Source: Octopus sinensis (Eukaryota). From it: a stretch of 64,000 nt of DNA. The notes under the pieces were generated by a model that was not told where the DNA came from, did no database searches, and was given only the letters and a program-made list of their open reading frames with translations. The translations under genes and the position numbers were made by a program. This document shows positions 1 to 11,189 of this stretch, one piece after another; within the stretch, counting starts at the first letter, position 1; each line of letters starts with the position of its first letter. The DNA is taken from contig NC_043002.1 of the NCBI RefSeq assembly GCF_006345805.1, positions 43,772,001-43,836,000 of the forward strand, read 5' to 3'.

Positions 1-548
1 GAAATCATCCATCTCCTTTTCCCTGCTCCCCCTGCTCCAGTTCATATGTAGCATTGGTTATCTCCCCTATCCTTCATCCACCATTTACTACATCCACCCT
101 TCAACCCTACCTGTCACCACTCGCTTTTACTTCCCTCGTATCTTCAGCATCCACCTTGACACTTTATCACCACTATTTTTATCTCTTCCCAGCATCACCT
201 CAACAATTCCCACCCTCTCTTCTAAAATGAAATGAGGTTATAGTCATCTATATTAGTTCCAAAAATGGAATGGTGAAGGACAATGTTCAGAAGAAGAGGG
301 AGTGGACAGGCTTTCACACAGTTTCTATCTACCAAATTCACTCAAGGCATTGGTCAGACAAGGGCTATAACCAAAGAGACTCGTTCAAGGTACTGCGCAG
401 TGGAACTGAACCTGAAGCCACTTGGCTGTGAAGAGAACATCTTAACCACACATCCATGCATGTTAACTGGGGTGGGTTTGAACTCAGAACAAAAAGGATG
501 TAACTAAATACCATATAGTATTTTGTCTAATCTTCTACTACTAGGAAT

Positions 549-1035
549 AGGAGTGGCTGTGTGGTAAGTAGCTTGCTTATGAACCACATGGTTCTGGGTT
601 CAGTCCCACTACGTGGCACCTTAGTCAAATGTTTTCTACTATAGCCTCGGGCCGACCAAAGCCTCGTGAGTGGATTTGATTGTCCCACTGCGTGGCACCT
701 TAGTCAATTGTCTTCTACTATAGCCTCAGGCCGACCAAAGCCTCGTGAGTGGATTTGGTTGAGAGAAACTGAAAGAAGCCTGTCGTATATATGTACATAT
801 ATATGTATGTGTGTGTATATGTTTGTGTGTCTCTGTTTGTCCCCCCAACATCGCTTGACAACCGATGCTAGTGTGTTTACGCCCCCGTAACTTAGCAGTT
901 CGGCAAAAGAGACCGATGGAATAAGTACTAGGCTTACAAAGAATAAGTCCTGGGGTCGATTTGCTTGACTAACGGCGGTGCTCCAGCATGGCCCCAGCCA
1001 AATGACTGAAACAAGTAAAAGAGTAAAAAGAGTAA
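549..1035 (+). mobile_element. tRNA-derived SINE, family A (head ggagtggctgtgtggtaagtagcttgc, tail gactgaaacaagtaaaagag)
   Basis: A-box/B-box-like head (ggttcagtccc), conserved body and central microsatellite. Many near-identical copies occur in the window. This copy has an internal duplication (603-678 / 683-757). Confidence 0.9.
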
Positions 1036-2080
1036 AGAAAGTATTCCTGCCATCCTATAGATTTCGTTTATGGTTTTTCTTTTCTCTTTTATTTGTGTCT
1101 TGAAGATTAGGTTTTTTGCTTTGTTTAGATTACAATGAATTGAATAAGGCATTTATTTTGTTCACTATTTTCTGTACTGTATCAGATCAAGCCAAAGTAA
1201 ACACCTCCTCATTTTCCTCTGATAAAGACTGACAAAATAATGTTTGTCCTGTTGTATTTTGGGATTAAGTTGCCTGCTATTGATTTGGTTTGAGCTACTT
1301 TCGGCTATAATTTTGCTGTCAGTGGAAACAGTAGTGATACAGCTCTTATGTTGGGTTAAACACTACTACTCAGAAAGAAGTGAATGTATTTACAGGAATT
1401 TTCATCACCAACAGTTTGTAAGTTAAGAAGTGATGTTTGGAAGCTGAGAAGGAGCTGAATGCTGTGCACAAAAATTCTCAGTTCATTGAAATTTAATAGC
1501 TGCTTGAAGACAGTATGCAAAAGTCCAGTGGCAGATGTTAGTGACTCTCAAGGTAAAGCGGAAATGATTCCAAGGAATTATGGATTAATCTCTCTCAGTT
1601 AATTTACATGCCTAGAGGGAGTGTTAGCAATGGACATGTTTCCATTTATGAGACCTCATCAGTGTAGCATAGTCCATTCAAGCATGCTTGATTAGTAGAC
1701 AAAGATTTTTCTTCATCCTCATCACTATCATCATCACTACCACCACCACCACACCTGTTTTTCATGCTGGCATGATTTGGATAACGTGCTACTGTCTGAG
1801 TCAGCTCTTATTTGGAGTTACAGCCCTCTTAGATCGGTCTAGAATGATAACGTCTCAGTTGTATGTTTAATTTGGCATGGTTTCTATTGCTAGATACCCT
1901 TCCTAACACCAGCTACTCTACAGAATGTACTGCATTTTACCATGCTACCTGCATTAGAGAAGTTGTCATGTCCTTGAAAAGACTAAAGAGTCCCTATGTA
2001 TCTGCTCATTCACCAATTGCTTTACAGTGTGTACTGGTGGCATTTTATCATGGTACTGGCACTAGAGATATTGCTTTATA

Positions 2081-2128
<48 letters not shown>

Positions 2129-2209
2129 TCCATCTCTGACCTAACCCTTTCTAATCTTCTTTGTTGATGTAAATTACCTTACTCATTGTTGACTTAACCT
2201 GTCAGTCTC

Positions 2210-2505
2210 TCTTACATTACACCCTCCCATATTAGCTCCTACACTTATTGCTACATATAGATGTTCATCACCGAGCCATGCCAAGCTCATATGGGCCGGT
2301 TTCCTGATTTCAGTGGTGTAGAAATTCCCCACCTGGACGGGACACTGATATGTCGCAGGATTGCTAATTTTTGCCAGCTGAGTGGACTGGAGCAATGTGA
2401 AATGAAGTGTCTTGGTCAAGAACACAATGCATCGCCCGGTCCAGGAATTGAAACCACAACCTTTTGATCATGAGTTCAACACCCTAACCACTAAGCCACA
2501 CACTT
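2210..2505 (-). mobile_element. tRNA-derived SINE, family B
   Basis: Reverse complement of the head at 3070 (tagtggttagggtg...gtttcaattcctggaccggg...gtgttcttga.caagacacttcatttcac). Confidence 0.8.
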
Positions 2506-2535
2506 CCACATTGTCACATACATATTGCTATATAT

Positions 2536-2587
<52 letters not shown>

Positions 2588-2743
2588 ATATATATGTATA
2601 TAAAGTTTAATTAGAGGATGTGTTAACCCCATAAAGGGATAGTTACATCCAAGGAAATACTGGTTCCATACCTAGTATTTGGGGGGAGTGAAAATAGGTA
2701 TATATAAAGCATATAGTTTATATCCATTTAACAGAGGAAAAGA

Positions 2744-3000
2744 AAATGGAGATTAGGAAGTTAATGATTATTATTAACAACAAATTGGATTTCACTTTTT
2801 ATAGCCGTTTCAATTAATACTCAATAATTTAATTATGAATTTGTACATTAAATTTACATTTATGTGATATGAGTATAATTTTGTCAGAGGAAAAACGATG
2901 TACCTTTGGATGTTATATGTGGGCTTATCTAATTCATTTCAGAAGATGACCAATTTGTTAATAAACTTCCTAATCCTAATTAACTTCCTAATCTCCATTT
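2744..3000. mobile_element. Degenerate MITE-like element
   Basis: 22-bp inverted repeat aaatggagattaggaagttaat / attaacttcctaatctccattt with AT-rich interior. Confidence 0.45.
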
Positions 3001-3024
3001 TACTGTCTTCTTTTATATATATAT

Positions 3025-3067
<43 letters not shown>

Positions 3068-3069
3068 CA

Positions 3070-3290
3070 TGTGGAGGCGCGTGGCATAGTAGTAAGGGTG
3101 TCAGCATCATGATTGTAAGATTGTGGTTTCAATTCCTGGACCGGGTGACGCATTGTGTTCTTGAACAAAACACTTCATTTCACGTTGCTTCAGTCCACTC
3201 AACTAGCAAAAATGAGTAGCGCTGCGATGGACTGGCATCCCATCCAGCTGGGGAACACATACGCCATTGAAACCGAGAAACCGGGCCCGA
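3070..3290 (+). mobile_element. tRNA-derived SINE, family B
   Basis: ggaggcgcgtggcatagtagtaagggtg head with B box ggtttcaattcc. Further copies at 45805-46020 (+), 43060-43360 (-, variant) and 7560-7760 (degenerate). Confidence 0.85.
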
Positions 3291-3330
3291 GCCTGGCCAG
3301 GGTTTTTTAAGGGCGCATTTATTTATAATT

Positions 3331-3365
<35 letters not shown>

Positions 3366-3404
3366 TGCGGCTCTGAGCTGAAACAAGAAAAATGAAATAT
3401 ATAG

Positions 3405-3955
3405 ATTATTTAAAGGTCACAATACGTGTTAAAGTGCAACTAATAGTTTCATACATATGTTGAAAGAACTCAAGCATATTCTTCAGGCACAAATGGCATA
3501 TCATAACGAACTAAAAAATTTAATGAATAGAAGAAATGCGATGAAGCTGAGAAGGCAGCAAATAGAAAATGCAGATAATAAACAATGGAAAAGCAGAAAA
3601 CGAAACTAAAGTGTCAAAAGATAAAAAGTGCTATCGTCCTTAGGCCTTAAAAACGATAAGGCTGGAAAGATATCAAGTCTTTTCCTAACTGACTTAATAT
3701 CTTTCCAGCCTTATCATTTAAGGATTAAGGAGGATAGCACTTTTTACCTTTTGACACTTTAGTTTTCCGTTTTCTGTTGTTTACTGTTTACATTTTCTAT
3801 ATGCAACCTTCTCAGCTTCATCGTGTTTCATCTATTTATTCAATATTTTAGATTGTTATGATATGTGGTTTGTGCCTGAAGAATAGGTTTGAGTTCTTTC
3901 AACATATGAAACTATTAATAGTGATTTAATACGTGTATTGTGACCTTTAAATAAT
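3405..3955. repeat. Long fold-back element, about 270-bp arms with an 11-nt loop, carrying hammerhead-like motifs
   Basis: 3405-3679 is the imperfect reverse complement of 3691-3955. The centre reads ggctggaaagatatcaagtc-ttttcctaact-gacttaatatctttccagcc. Confidence 0.9.
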
Positions 3956-4043
3956 AATATTTATCTCTCACCAGATGGAGTACTTTTTGTTGAATTCTCT
4001 ATCACAGATCAGTACATTATACATATATATATACACATACATA

Positions 4044-5351
4044 TGTAGCAATATCGCCTCTCATTGCTATCTTCACTGTTTGAGAAGAGTATTAAGAATG
4101 ACCTCGGTCGAGATTACAAACAGCTTTGGCTAGTTTAACATTGTTGTAAACACTAATTCGATTGGCTGACACGTTGGTCTCTACTACGCTCGCACCGCTG
4201 GTTATAACTTGGCGCAAATGTCTCGACCTATTTTCGCGCCATAGTCCAAGCAGCCATCACAGCTTTCCATTTCTGAAGTTCACTGGGAGCCTGGTGAAGC
4301 TTATAAAACAAGGTTTCTCAGAAAAAATATTCGTCTTAGGTTTCCAGTCCTTCTCAGGGCGAACCTCTGACCACACAGAGCTCGTCGTAGGCTTTTAGTT
4401 CTTTTAAGAGCTAAGTCTCTGACCACACAGAGAATACTCGACCAAGTTCCAGTTTCGAGGCAAGCGACCACCATTAATACAAGATGTTACAGATACCTCT
4501 CATACTGTTAGTGTGAAAAATCACCATGAAGAAAACGGTTACAAGATATCTATAACTAGAGAAACATAACCAAGCAGAACATATAATGAAGAAGCAGCAA
4601 GAACCAATCGACAAACATCGAAGATTTAAATTGTACACGAGACAACTACAGATTCAACTATAGCGGTTAGGTGAAATTCTCACCACGAAGAAAACGGCTA
4701 CAGAAACATGTCTGGAAGTATATTCATATCAAGAGAAGATAAACACAACGAGTGGTTCAATTAATCTCAACTGCGAACGCAATATCTTGATATGGAAGTC
4801 TGACGCTGTACCTCATAAACGGTAAATCAATTCACTGTTCTTGGGTTCTAGTTTCTTCTAAGAACTACCTTAAGCCATCTTTTATTACCTGTTGCCAAGC
4901 CGATACCAACAGCATTAACTGTGAATCAAATCCCATCGACAATTCACTGTCAGTACCTTTTTACGCCTAACGAACACACAGACACAAAAACATGCGAACA
5001 CTACAAACTTCCAACATCAAACATGATTGTAAAATATGTAAAATAAATAATGTATATTAATTAAAAAGAAATCTGTTTCTTGGGTTCTAGTTTCTTCTAA
5101 GAACTACCTTAAGCCATCTGTTATTACCTGTTGCCAAGCCGATACCAACAACATTAACTGTGAATCAAATCCCAACGTCATTTCACTGGTCAGTACCTTT
5201 TTACGCCTAACGAACACACAGACACAAAAACATGCGAACACTTACAAACTTCCAACATCAAACATGATTGTAAAATATGTAAAATAAATAATGTATATAT
5301 ATTAAAAAGAAATCTTGTTGTCATTCCAAACTTATGTGTATTGCCGCTGCA
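4044..5351 (+). mobile_element. Possible solo LTR
   Basis: TG...CA ends (tgtagc...gctgca), CpG-rich relative to flanks, CAAT-like gattggc, TATA-like ttataaaa near 4301, AATAAA near the 3' end. No target-site duplication seen. Confidence 0.4.
4835..5315 (+). repeat. Tandem duplication, period 239 bp, two copies
   Basis: ttcttgggttctagtttcttctaagaactacc begins at 4838 and again at 5077. The copies are nearly identical through aaagaaatct. Confidence 0.95.
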
Positions 5352-5404
5352 TGTAAAATATAGTCAGTAAAACATATTAATAAGAATAGGATCATTACTA
5401 TTTT

Positions 5405-5415
5405 TATACATACTA

Positions 5416-5490
<75 letters not shown>

Positions 5491-5513
5491 TACATACATA
5501 CATACATATATAT
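5405..5513. repeat. (TA)n/(CA)n/(TACA)n microsatellite, representative of many
   Basis: Direct reading. Similar tracts at 2077, 2530, 3015, 7517, 9025, 12265, 42695, 49360 and 52705. Confidence 0.95.
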
Positions 5514-5686
5514 CAGTGGCGTGCGGTGACTTCCGGGGCTGGACATGCAATGAATTTCTTGCCCCCCCCCCCCCGGGGGCAATTTTTCAGGAAAAAAAAT
5601 TTTTGAATTCCTACGATTTACATATGGGAGATTCTGAATATGCAATCAACCCCGTATGACCTAGAATTGAAAAAAAACGTCGCCCT

Positions 5687-5938
5687 GGTACTATTTAAGA
5701 AGAGTGGTCCCGTTGCGCGCGCTCGCGCATCTGCGCTGGCTAGTCGTGACTAGTCGATCCTACGACTATCTAGCAAAGTAAATAAATTTTTTAAACAAAA
5801 TATATAAAACACAAAAACACAAAGTAAATAATGTTTTAAACAAAGTAAATAAAACACAAAGTAAGGATCGACTAGTCACGACTAGCTGGCGTGGATGATC
5901 GGGTGCGCGCACCGGGACCACTCTTCTTAAATAGTACC
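5687..5938. mobile_element. Hairpin MITE nested in the hAT element
   Basis: ggtactatttaagaagagtggtccc...gctagtcgtgactagtcgatcct and its reverse complement flank an A-rich spacer. Confidence 0.7.
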
Positions 5939-6155
5939 CATGATTTTTAAATTGTTTGCAATACTCATCAAATTTGTTGAAATTCGAAAGTTCCATGAAT
6001 TTAAACTCTTCTAAGGATGAATATCGTGCTTTTATTTGGTCAACTATTGTACTGATAATTTTGTTATAAAGCATTTATAATGTTGTTGGGGCTCAATAGA
6101 TATATTCTTGGATCTCTGAATTCCGATTCCTGCATCGACTCCATATTTTTCCCCC

Positions 6156-6475
6156 CGGGTTCAGTTCCACTGCGTGGCACCTTGGGCAAGGGTCTTCTAC
6201 TATAGTCTCGGGCCGACCAAAGCCTTGTGAGTGGATTTGGTAGACAGAAACTGAAAGAAGCCCGTGGTATATATGTATATATATGCGTGTGTGTGTTTGT
6301 GCGTCTGTGTTTGTCCCCCTAGCATTGCTTGGCAACCGATGCTGGTGTGTTTATGTCCCCGTTACTTAGCGGTTCGGCAAAATAGACCGATAGAATAAGT
6401 CCCGGGGTCGAGTTGCTCGATTAAAGGCGGTGCTCGAGCATGGCCACAGTCAAATGACTGAAACAAGTAAAAGAG
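6156..6475 (+). mobile_element. SINE family A, 5'-truncated, inserted in the hAT transposase
   Basis: Matches the family A body and tail. Confidence 0.9.
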
Positions 6476-7513
6476 ATTGAAAAATTATCAAGTTTGTTTT
6501 CGAGTACACTTCTAGTTTTATCTATTTGATCTTTACAATACACTATGTCATGACTTTTACTCTGGAGGATGTTAAATATGAAAAAAGAAAAAATCTCACT
6601 GAATACTTCTAACAAAAATAAGAAATCAGGAGCTTTTAAAGTTTGTAAGAATCCAATTGCTGAATTTATGTTGGTATCATCCCATGCTTCAGGATTTTCA
6701 ATGATGTGCTCAAAAAGGCTGATTATGAAATGATAATTTTCCTTTGTGGTAATAATAAGCCGTGAGGCTGTTGCCTTCGGAAATCTTTTTTTTAACAATG
6801 TTATCTAATGCATTAGCCCTTTTCGGTGTTAGTCTCCCACCGATATAATTAATTATTTTCCATCGAATTCTCCTTTCGAAAAACTATTTCTCAAAATATC
6901 GTTTATTACACACATTTCACTCATTTCGTAAAAGGCTGTTCTTATATACGAACACACGTGGAAGCGCCGGCGTAAACTGTAAGTCAATTTCAACAAAACA
7001 AAAAGATACAGAAAGTGGGTATCATGCGGTCAGCTCATAGCATGACATGCCACTGAGAGAAAGGGGGTACAAAATATTATGAACGACCTTTCCTCCTAGC
7101 ATCTGTTTTATCAATTCACTAAGAGAGAGAGAGGAAGGAGGGACAAACTAAGAGACAGAGAGGGAGGTCATGCGGGTCTTCCCACAGCATAGCCACTAAG
7201 AGAAAGAGGAAGGGGGTAAAAATATTTCAAATGCCCTATCCCCTTAGCATGTCTTTTACACAAGTCGCTAAGAGTGAGAGAGAGAGGAAGGAAGGACAAA
7301 CTGAGACAGAGAGGGAGTGTCTAACATGCTGGTCTTGTCAATGCATGACTTCTAAAAGCAGAAGTAGAGTCACTGAGAGAGAAGGGGAGAAAAATACAAC
7401 TGGACGGATTTTCTTTGAAACAAAGTAACTATTTTATCTAATTTTCCGATCATATGGATAAAAAAATCACAGGGCATGCAACGCATACCTTGCATACCTG
7501 AGAGTGCACGCCC

Positions 7514-7556
<43 letters not shown>

Positions 7557-7964
7557 TATATACAGGATGTATATCTATGTATGCATGAAGGTATATTTGG
7601 CCTCGTGCACTCACAGTTGCTAGATTGTGGATGCGGTTCCTGGCCGTGCTGGTGCATTGTGTTCATGTTGTTCTGTGATCTTTTCAACACCTAACATGTA
7701 GTGCACTTGTACAGGCAATGTCAATTTGATGGAGGGAGTTAGCTAATGTATGTACATTTATCACTATAAACAAATAATTTGTGCTGTTGTCCAGCAAAAA
7801 CTGGGCTCTCGCTTCATCTTCGATAGGAAATTCCATCATATCCATTGTGCATTTTATGATGCTTTGCCCCTATTAATGCTATTTGCATGCACACACACAC
7901 AGTGTAATGCCTGTTCTGTCTCAGCTGTTTTTACATAAACCTAGTTTGCTCCTCATACTCTCAT

Positions 7965-8210
7965 CATCATCATCATCATCAATTAACGTCCGCTTTCCAT
8001 GCTAGCATGGGTTTGGACGGTTCAACTGGGGTCTGGGGAGCCCGAAAGCTGCACCAGTCCAGTCAGATCTGGCAGTGTTTCTACAGCTGGATGCCCTTCC
8101 TAACGCCAACCACTCCGAGAGTGTAGTGGGTGATTTTATGTGCCACCGACACAGGTGCCAGACGAGGCTGGCAAACGGCCACGCTCGGATGGTGTTTTTT
8201 ATGTGCCTCA
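7965..8210 (-). mobile_element. RTE-tailed retroposon (family D)
   Basis: (cat)n tail followed by ttaacgtccgctttccatgc...ggatgcccttcctaacgccaacca, which resembles RTE-clade 3' ends. Other copies at 1715-2070, 10150-10975 (+), 18815-19260, 20265-20720, 22815-23225, 24300-24480 (+), 28185-28510 and 54320-54670. Confidence 0.85.
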
Positions 8211-8797
8211 ACCAGAAACTAAATTTCCCTGCCGACTTTCATCCTCTCCATTGTTTATCACTTACCATGCTGATTTAATAACATACACATGCATTCTTCT
8301 CCAGCTGTTGTCATTCAGTTTTCCTACAAAGTGTCTATGTTGATAAATGACTGATTGTCCGAAGTGTTAATATCTCTCTTGCTTTTTCTTTCTGATGTAA
8401 TACACTGATTTTGTTATTGTTGTTGTGGTTTTTCTCTCTGCTTCTGCACATAATTTCCCTTATGGATTAACTCTTCTTCCCCAACACAGATCCAACCCTT
8501 GAAATATCAGATTTCTTATTACTTTCTGTATATCATTTATCTTTTTTTTTTTTCACTGGGTTGCTGTCTTGAAGGGTTTATCAAATAAATGAACCCCCAA
8601 TACTTATTTTCTCTTTTAAGTCTGGAACTTTATCCTTTGCTAACACAAACAAACCAGCACCAGCTCGCAAGCAAACACAAATACAAAGGTACACATGCAC
8701 CCACACTCACAATATGGTGCTCCAGCATGACCACAGCCACATAGTTGAAACACATAAAAGCGACAAAAGATGTGTGTGTATACATGTATGTGTACAC

Positions 8798-8823
<26 letters not shown>

Positions 8824-8828
<5 letters not shown>

Positions 8829-8989
8829 AGAAAATAGTAAAGAGTGAAAAAACGACAGAATATTTGCGTCAAAATGTCTGGAGAATATTGGAAAATTTTT
8901 TTTCCTTTCCTTAAAATGACATAATTTTATACTTTTTAAAGAAATACCGGTTTCTGTCGTTTTTTCACTCTTTACTATTTTCTTATATA
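8824..8989. mobile_element. MITE with a near-perfect TIR of about 37 bp, TA-flanked
   Basis: ataagaaaatagtaaagagtgaaaaaacgacagaa / ttctgtcgttttttcactctttactattttcttat. Confidence 0.75.
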
Positions 8990-9022
8990 TTCACCCACGT
9001 GCTTTACCAACAAACTTTCTTA

Positions 9023-9052
<30 letters not shown>

Positions 9053-9053
<1 letters not shown>

Positions 9054-9766
9054 TAGCAGTATAACCCGGCCTTGCCCGGGATTAAGTTATGATTATTAAG
9101 CTAATCAAGTTCTTTATTTCAAACCAAACTAAGTAATATAGACGTCAAATTTGGGCGAAATCCGTTGAAATTAGTTATATTATATATATATATATATAAT
9201 ATAATATAATATAAATATATGTGGGCAACAGACACGAACACAGATACACACATGTACGTACGTACACCTATTGCATGTTTTGTGCACGCATACATGTTCA
9301 TAGACAGAAATAAATGATTTAAAATAAATATATCGTAATTGTTGTGTGAGAAAGTATATATACCATGATTATAAAATATAGTGTGCCTTACAAAAACAAA
9401 ACATTTTACATTTTATTTTTTATGAATGTAGTCACTTTCTCTCTCTCCTTCTCTCACTTTGTCTTTCCAGTGAAACTCTCTGCCTCCTTCCACTTTTCTT
9501 TATCTTATTTTTTTTTTGTTAGCCGCCATCAAAAAGTAATGGCTGATATTTGTTATGGTTAAAAGCTATGGTTGAAAATGGTTGAAAATAGATTTTTACC
9601 CTATCCGCGGGTGCCTCAGGAAAAAAAATAAGTTGACAAAACCCAGATAGGATGTTGACAAATGTCCTCCTAAAATTTGAGCAACATGCGTGCTAATTTG
9701 TGGATGTGCATAAATTACAATCACATACACACATGCACACACATCCTCCCTTTCATATATATATAG
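9053..9766 (-). mobile_element. Non-autonomous Helitron
   Basis: Minus strand ends cccgggcaaggccgggttatactgctag|t (hairpin plus CTAG) and starts ctatatatatatgaaagggag. Confidence 0.7.
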
Positions 9767-10150
9767 GCGTAGGTAAGTAGCTTGCTTACCAACAACATGG
9801 TTCCGGGTTCAGTCCCACTGTGTGGCACCTTGAGCAACGGTTTTCTACTATAGCCTCGGACCAACCAAAGCCTTGTGAGTGGAGTTGGTAGATGGAAACT
9901 GAATGAAGCCCATCGTGTATATGTGTGTGTGTGTGTATGTATATGTTTGTGTGTCTGTTTGTCCTCCCAACATCGCTTGACAACCGATGCTGGTGTGTTT
10001 ACATTCTCATAACTTAGCGGTTTGGCAAAAGAGACTGATAGAATAAGTACTAGGCTTACAAAGAATAAGTCCTGGGGTCGATTTGCTCAACTAAAGGTGG
10101 TGCTCCAGCATGGCCACAGTCAAATGACTGCAACAAGTGAAAGAGTAAAA
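9766..10150 (+). mobile_element. SINE family A
   Basis: Full body and tail. Other near-complete copies at 31315-31727 (-), 38085-38480 (-) and 52745-53400 (+, with a nested family C SINE). Partial copies at 315-460, 15130-15290, 21160-21510, 22130-22290, 33200-33370, 47420-47790, 48330-48640, 51730-52110, 59500-59725 and 62230-62630. Confidence 0.9.
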
Positions 10151-11189
10151 GTGTATATATGACATGGGATAAGGTGGTGAAGCATGATCTTCAAATGTTG
10201 AGCTTCACTGAGGCAATGACAAGTGACCGAGACCTTTGGTGATTTCTTGTGGTTGAGAAGACTCTACAAGCTAAGTGAGATCATAGTTATGGCCGATGCC
10301 AGTGTCATTTAACTGGCCCTTTTAAAGCACCCTTCAATTATTGGGTAATATGCTGTGCTGGTCAAGACCTGTTGAACCAGATCATGGATGATGCCAGTGT
10401 CGTCTGACTGGTTCCCATGTAAAAAGCATCATTCGTGTGTTGGGCCTCATGGAGGCTGTGACGTCAGGCCGAATGAGATCGTAGTTGTGGCCGATGCCAG
10501 TGTCACATAATTGGCCCATTAAAAGCACCCTTCAGATGTTGGATGATATGCTGTGCTTTTGAAGACCTGTTGAACTGAGTAAAATCGTAGTTGTGGCCGA
10601 TGCTAGTGCTGTCTGACTGGCACCCATATCGGTGGCACATAAAAAGCACCATTCAGGTATTGGGCCTCATGGAGGCAGTGACAGGTGACCAAGACCCTTG
10701 GTAATATACTGTGCTTGTGTTGACCTGTTGAGTCTAGTGAGACCATAGTTATGGCTGAAGCTGGTGTGAAGTCAATGGCACCCATGCTGGTGGCACATAA
10801 AAAGCACCCACTACATTCTCAGAATGGCTGGTGTTAGGGAGGGCATCCAGCTGTAGAAACCTTGCCAAATCAGATTAGAACCTGGTGCAGCCCTCCCCCT
10901 AGCTTATTAGTCTTCAGTCAAACCGTCCAACGCATGCCAGCATGGAAAGCAGACATTGAACGATGATGATGATGATATAGATAAATAGGTAGGTAGGTAG
11001 GTGTGTGTGTGTTTGTTTGTTTGTTTGTTTCTAATACATTTCAACCATTCAGCTGTGGTCATGCTGAAACACCACTATGACTTTGTATCTTTGCCATAGC
11101 CCTCTCATGTAGTTGATTTCTGCATGGTAGGATTCCATATTACCACTTTTGCATGTGCTTGTTTCTTGGATTATATTTGGTGTTAGGAT

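Larger units (their letters stand above)
5514..7516 (-). mobile_element. hAT DNA transposon, internally deleted, with ZMYM1-like transposase remnant
   Basis: TIRs cagtggcgtgc / gcacgcccctg and 8-bp TSD atatatat on both sides. Minus-strand fragments AIGFLQTLKAPDFLFLLEVFSEIF...LQSKSHDI (6421-6798) and YNKIISTIVDQIKARYS (5940-6074) resemble hAT transposase. Subterminal repeats of about 150 bp at 7030-7400. Confidence 0.85.

Noticed and set aside
549-620. tRNA genes
   Set aside because: The A/B-box heads run straight into SINE bodies and do not form complete cloverleafs.
1396-1420. Tiny ag...gtaagt bounded segment as a micro-exon
   Set aside because: Weak polypyrimidine tract, not a multiple of three, and no recognisable peptide.
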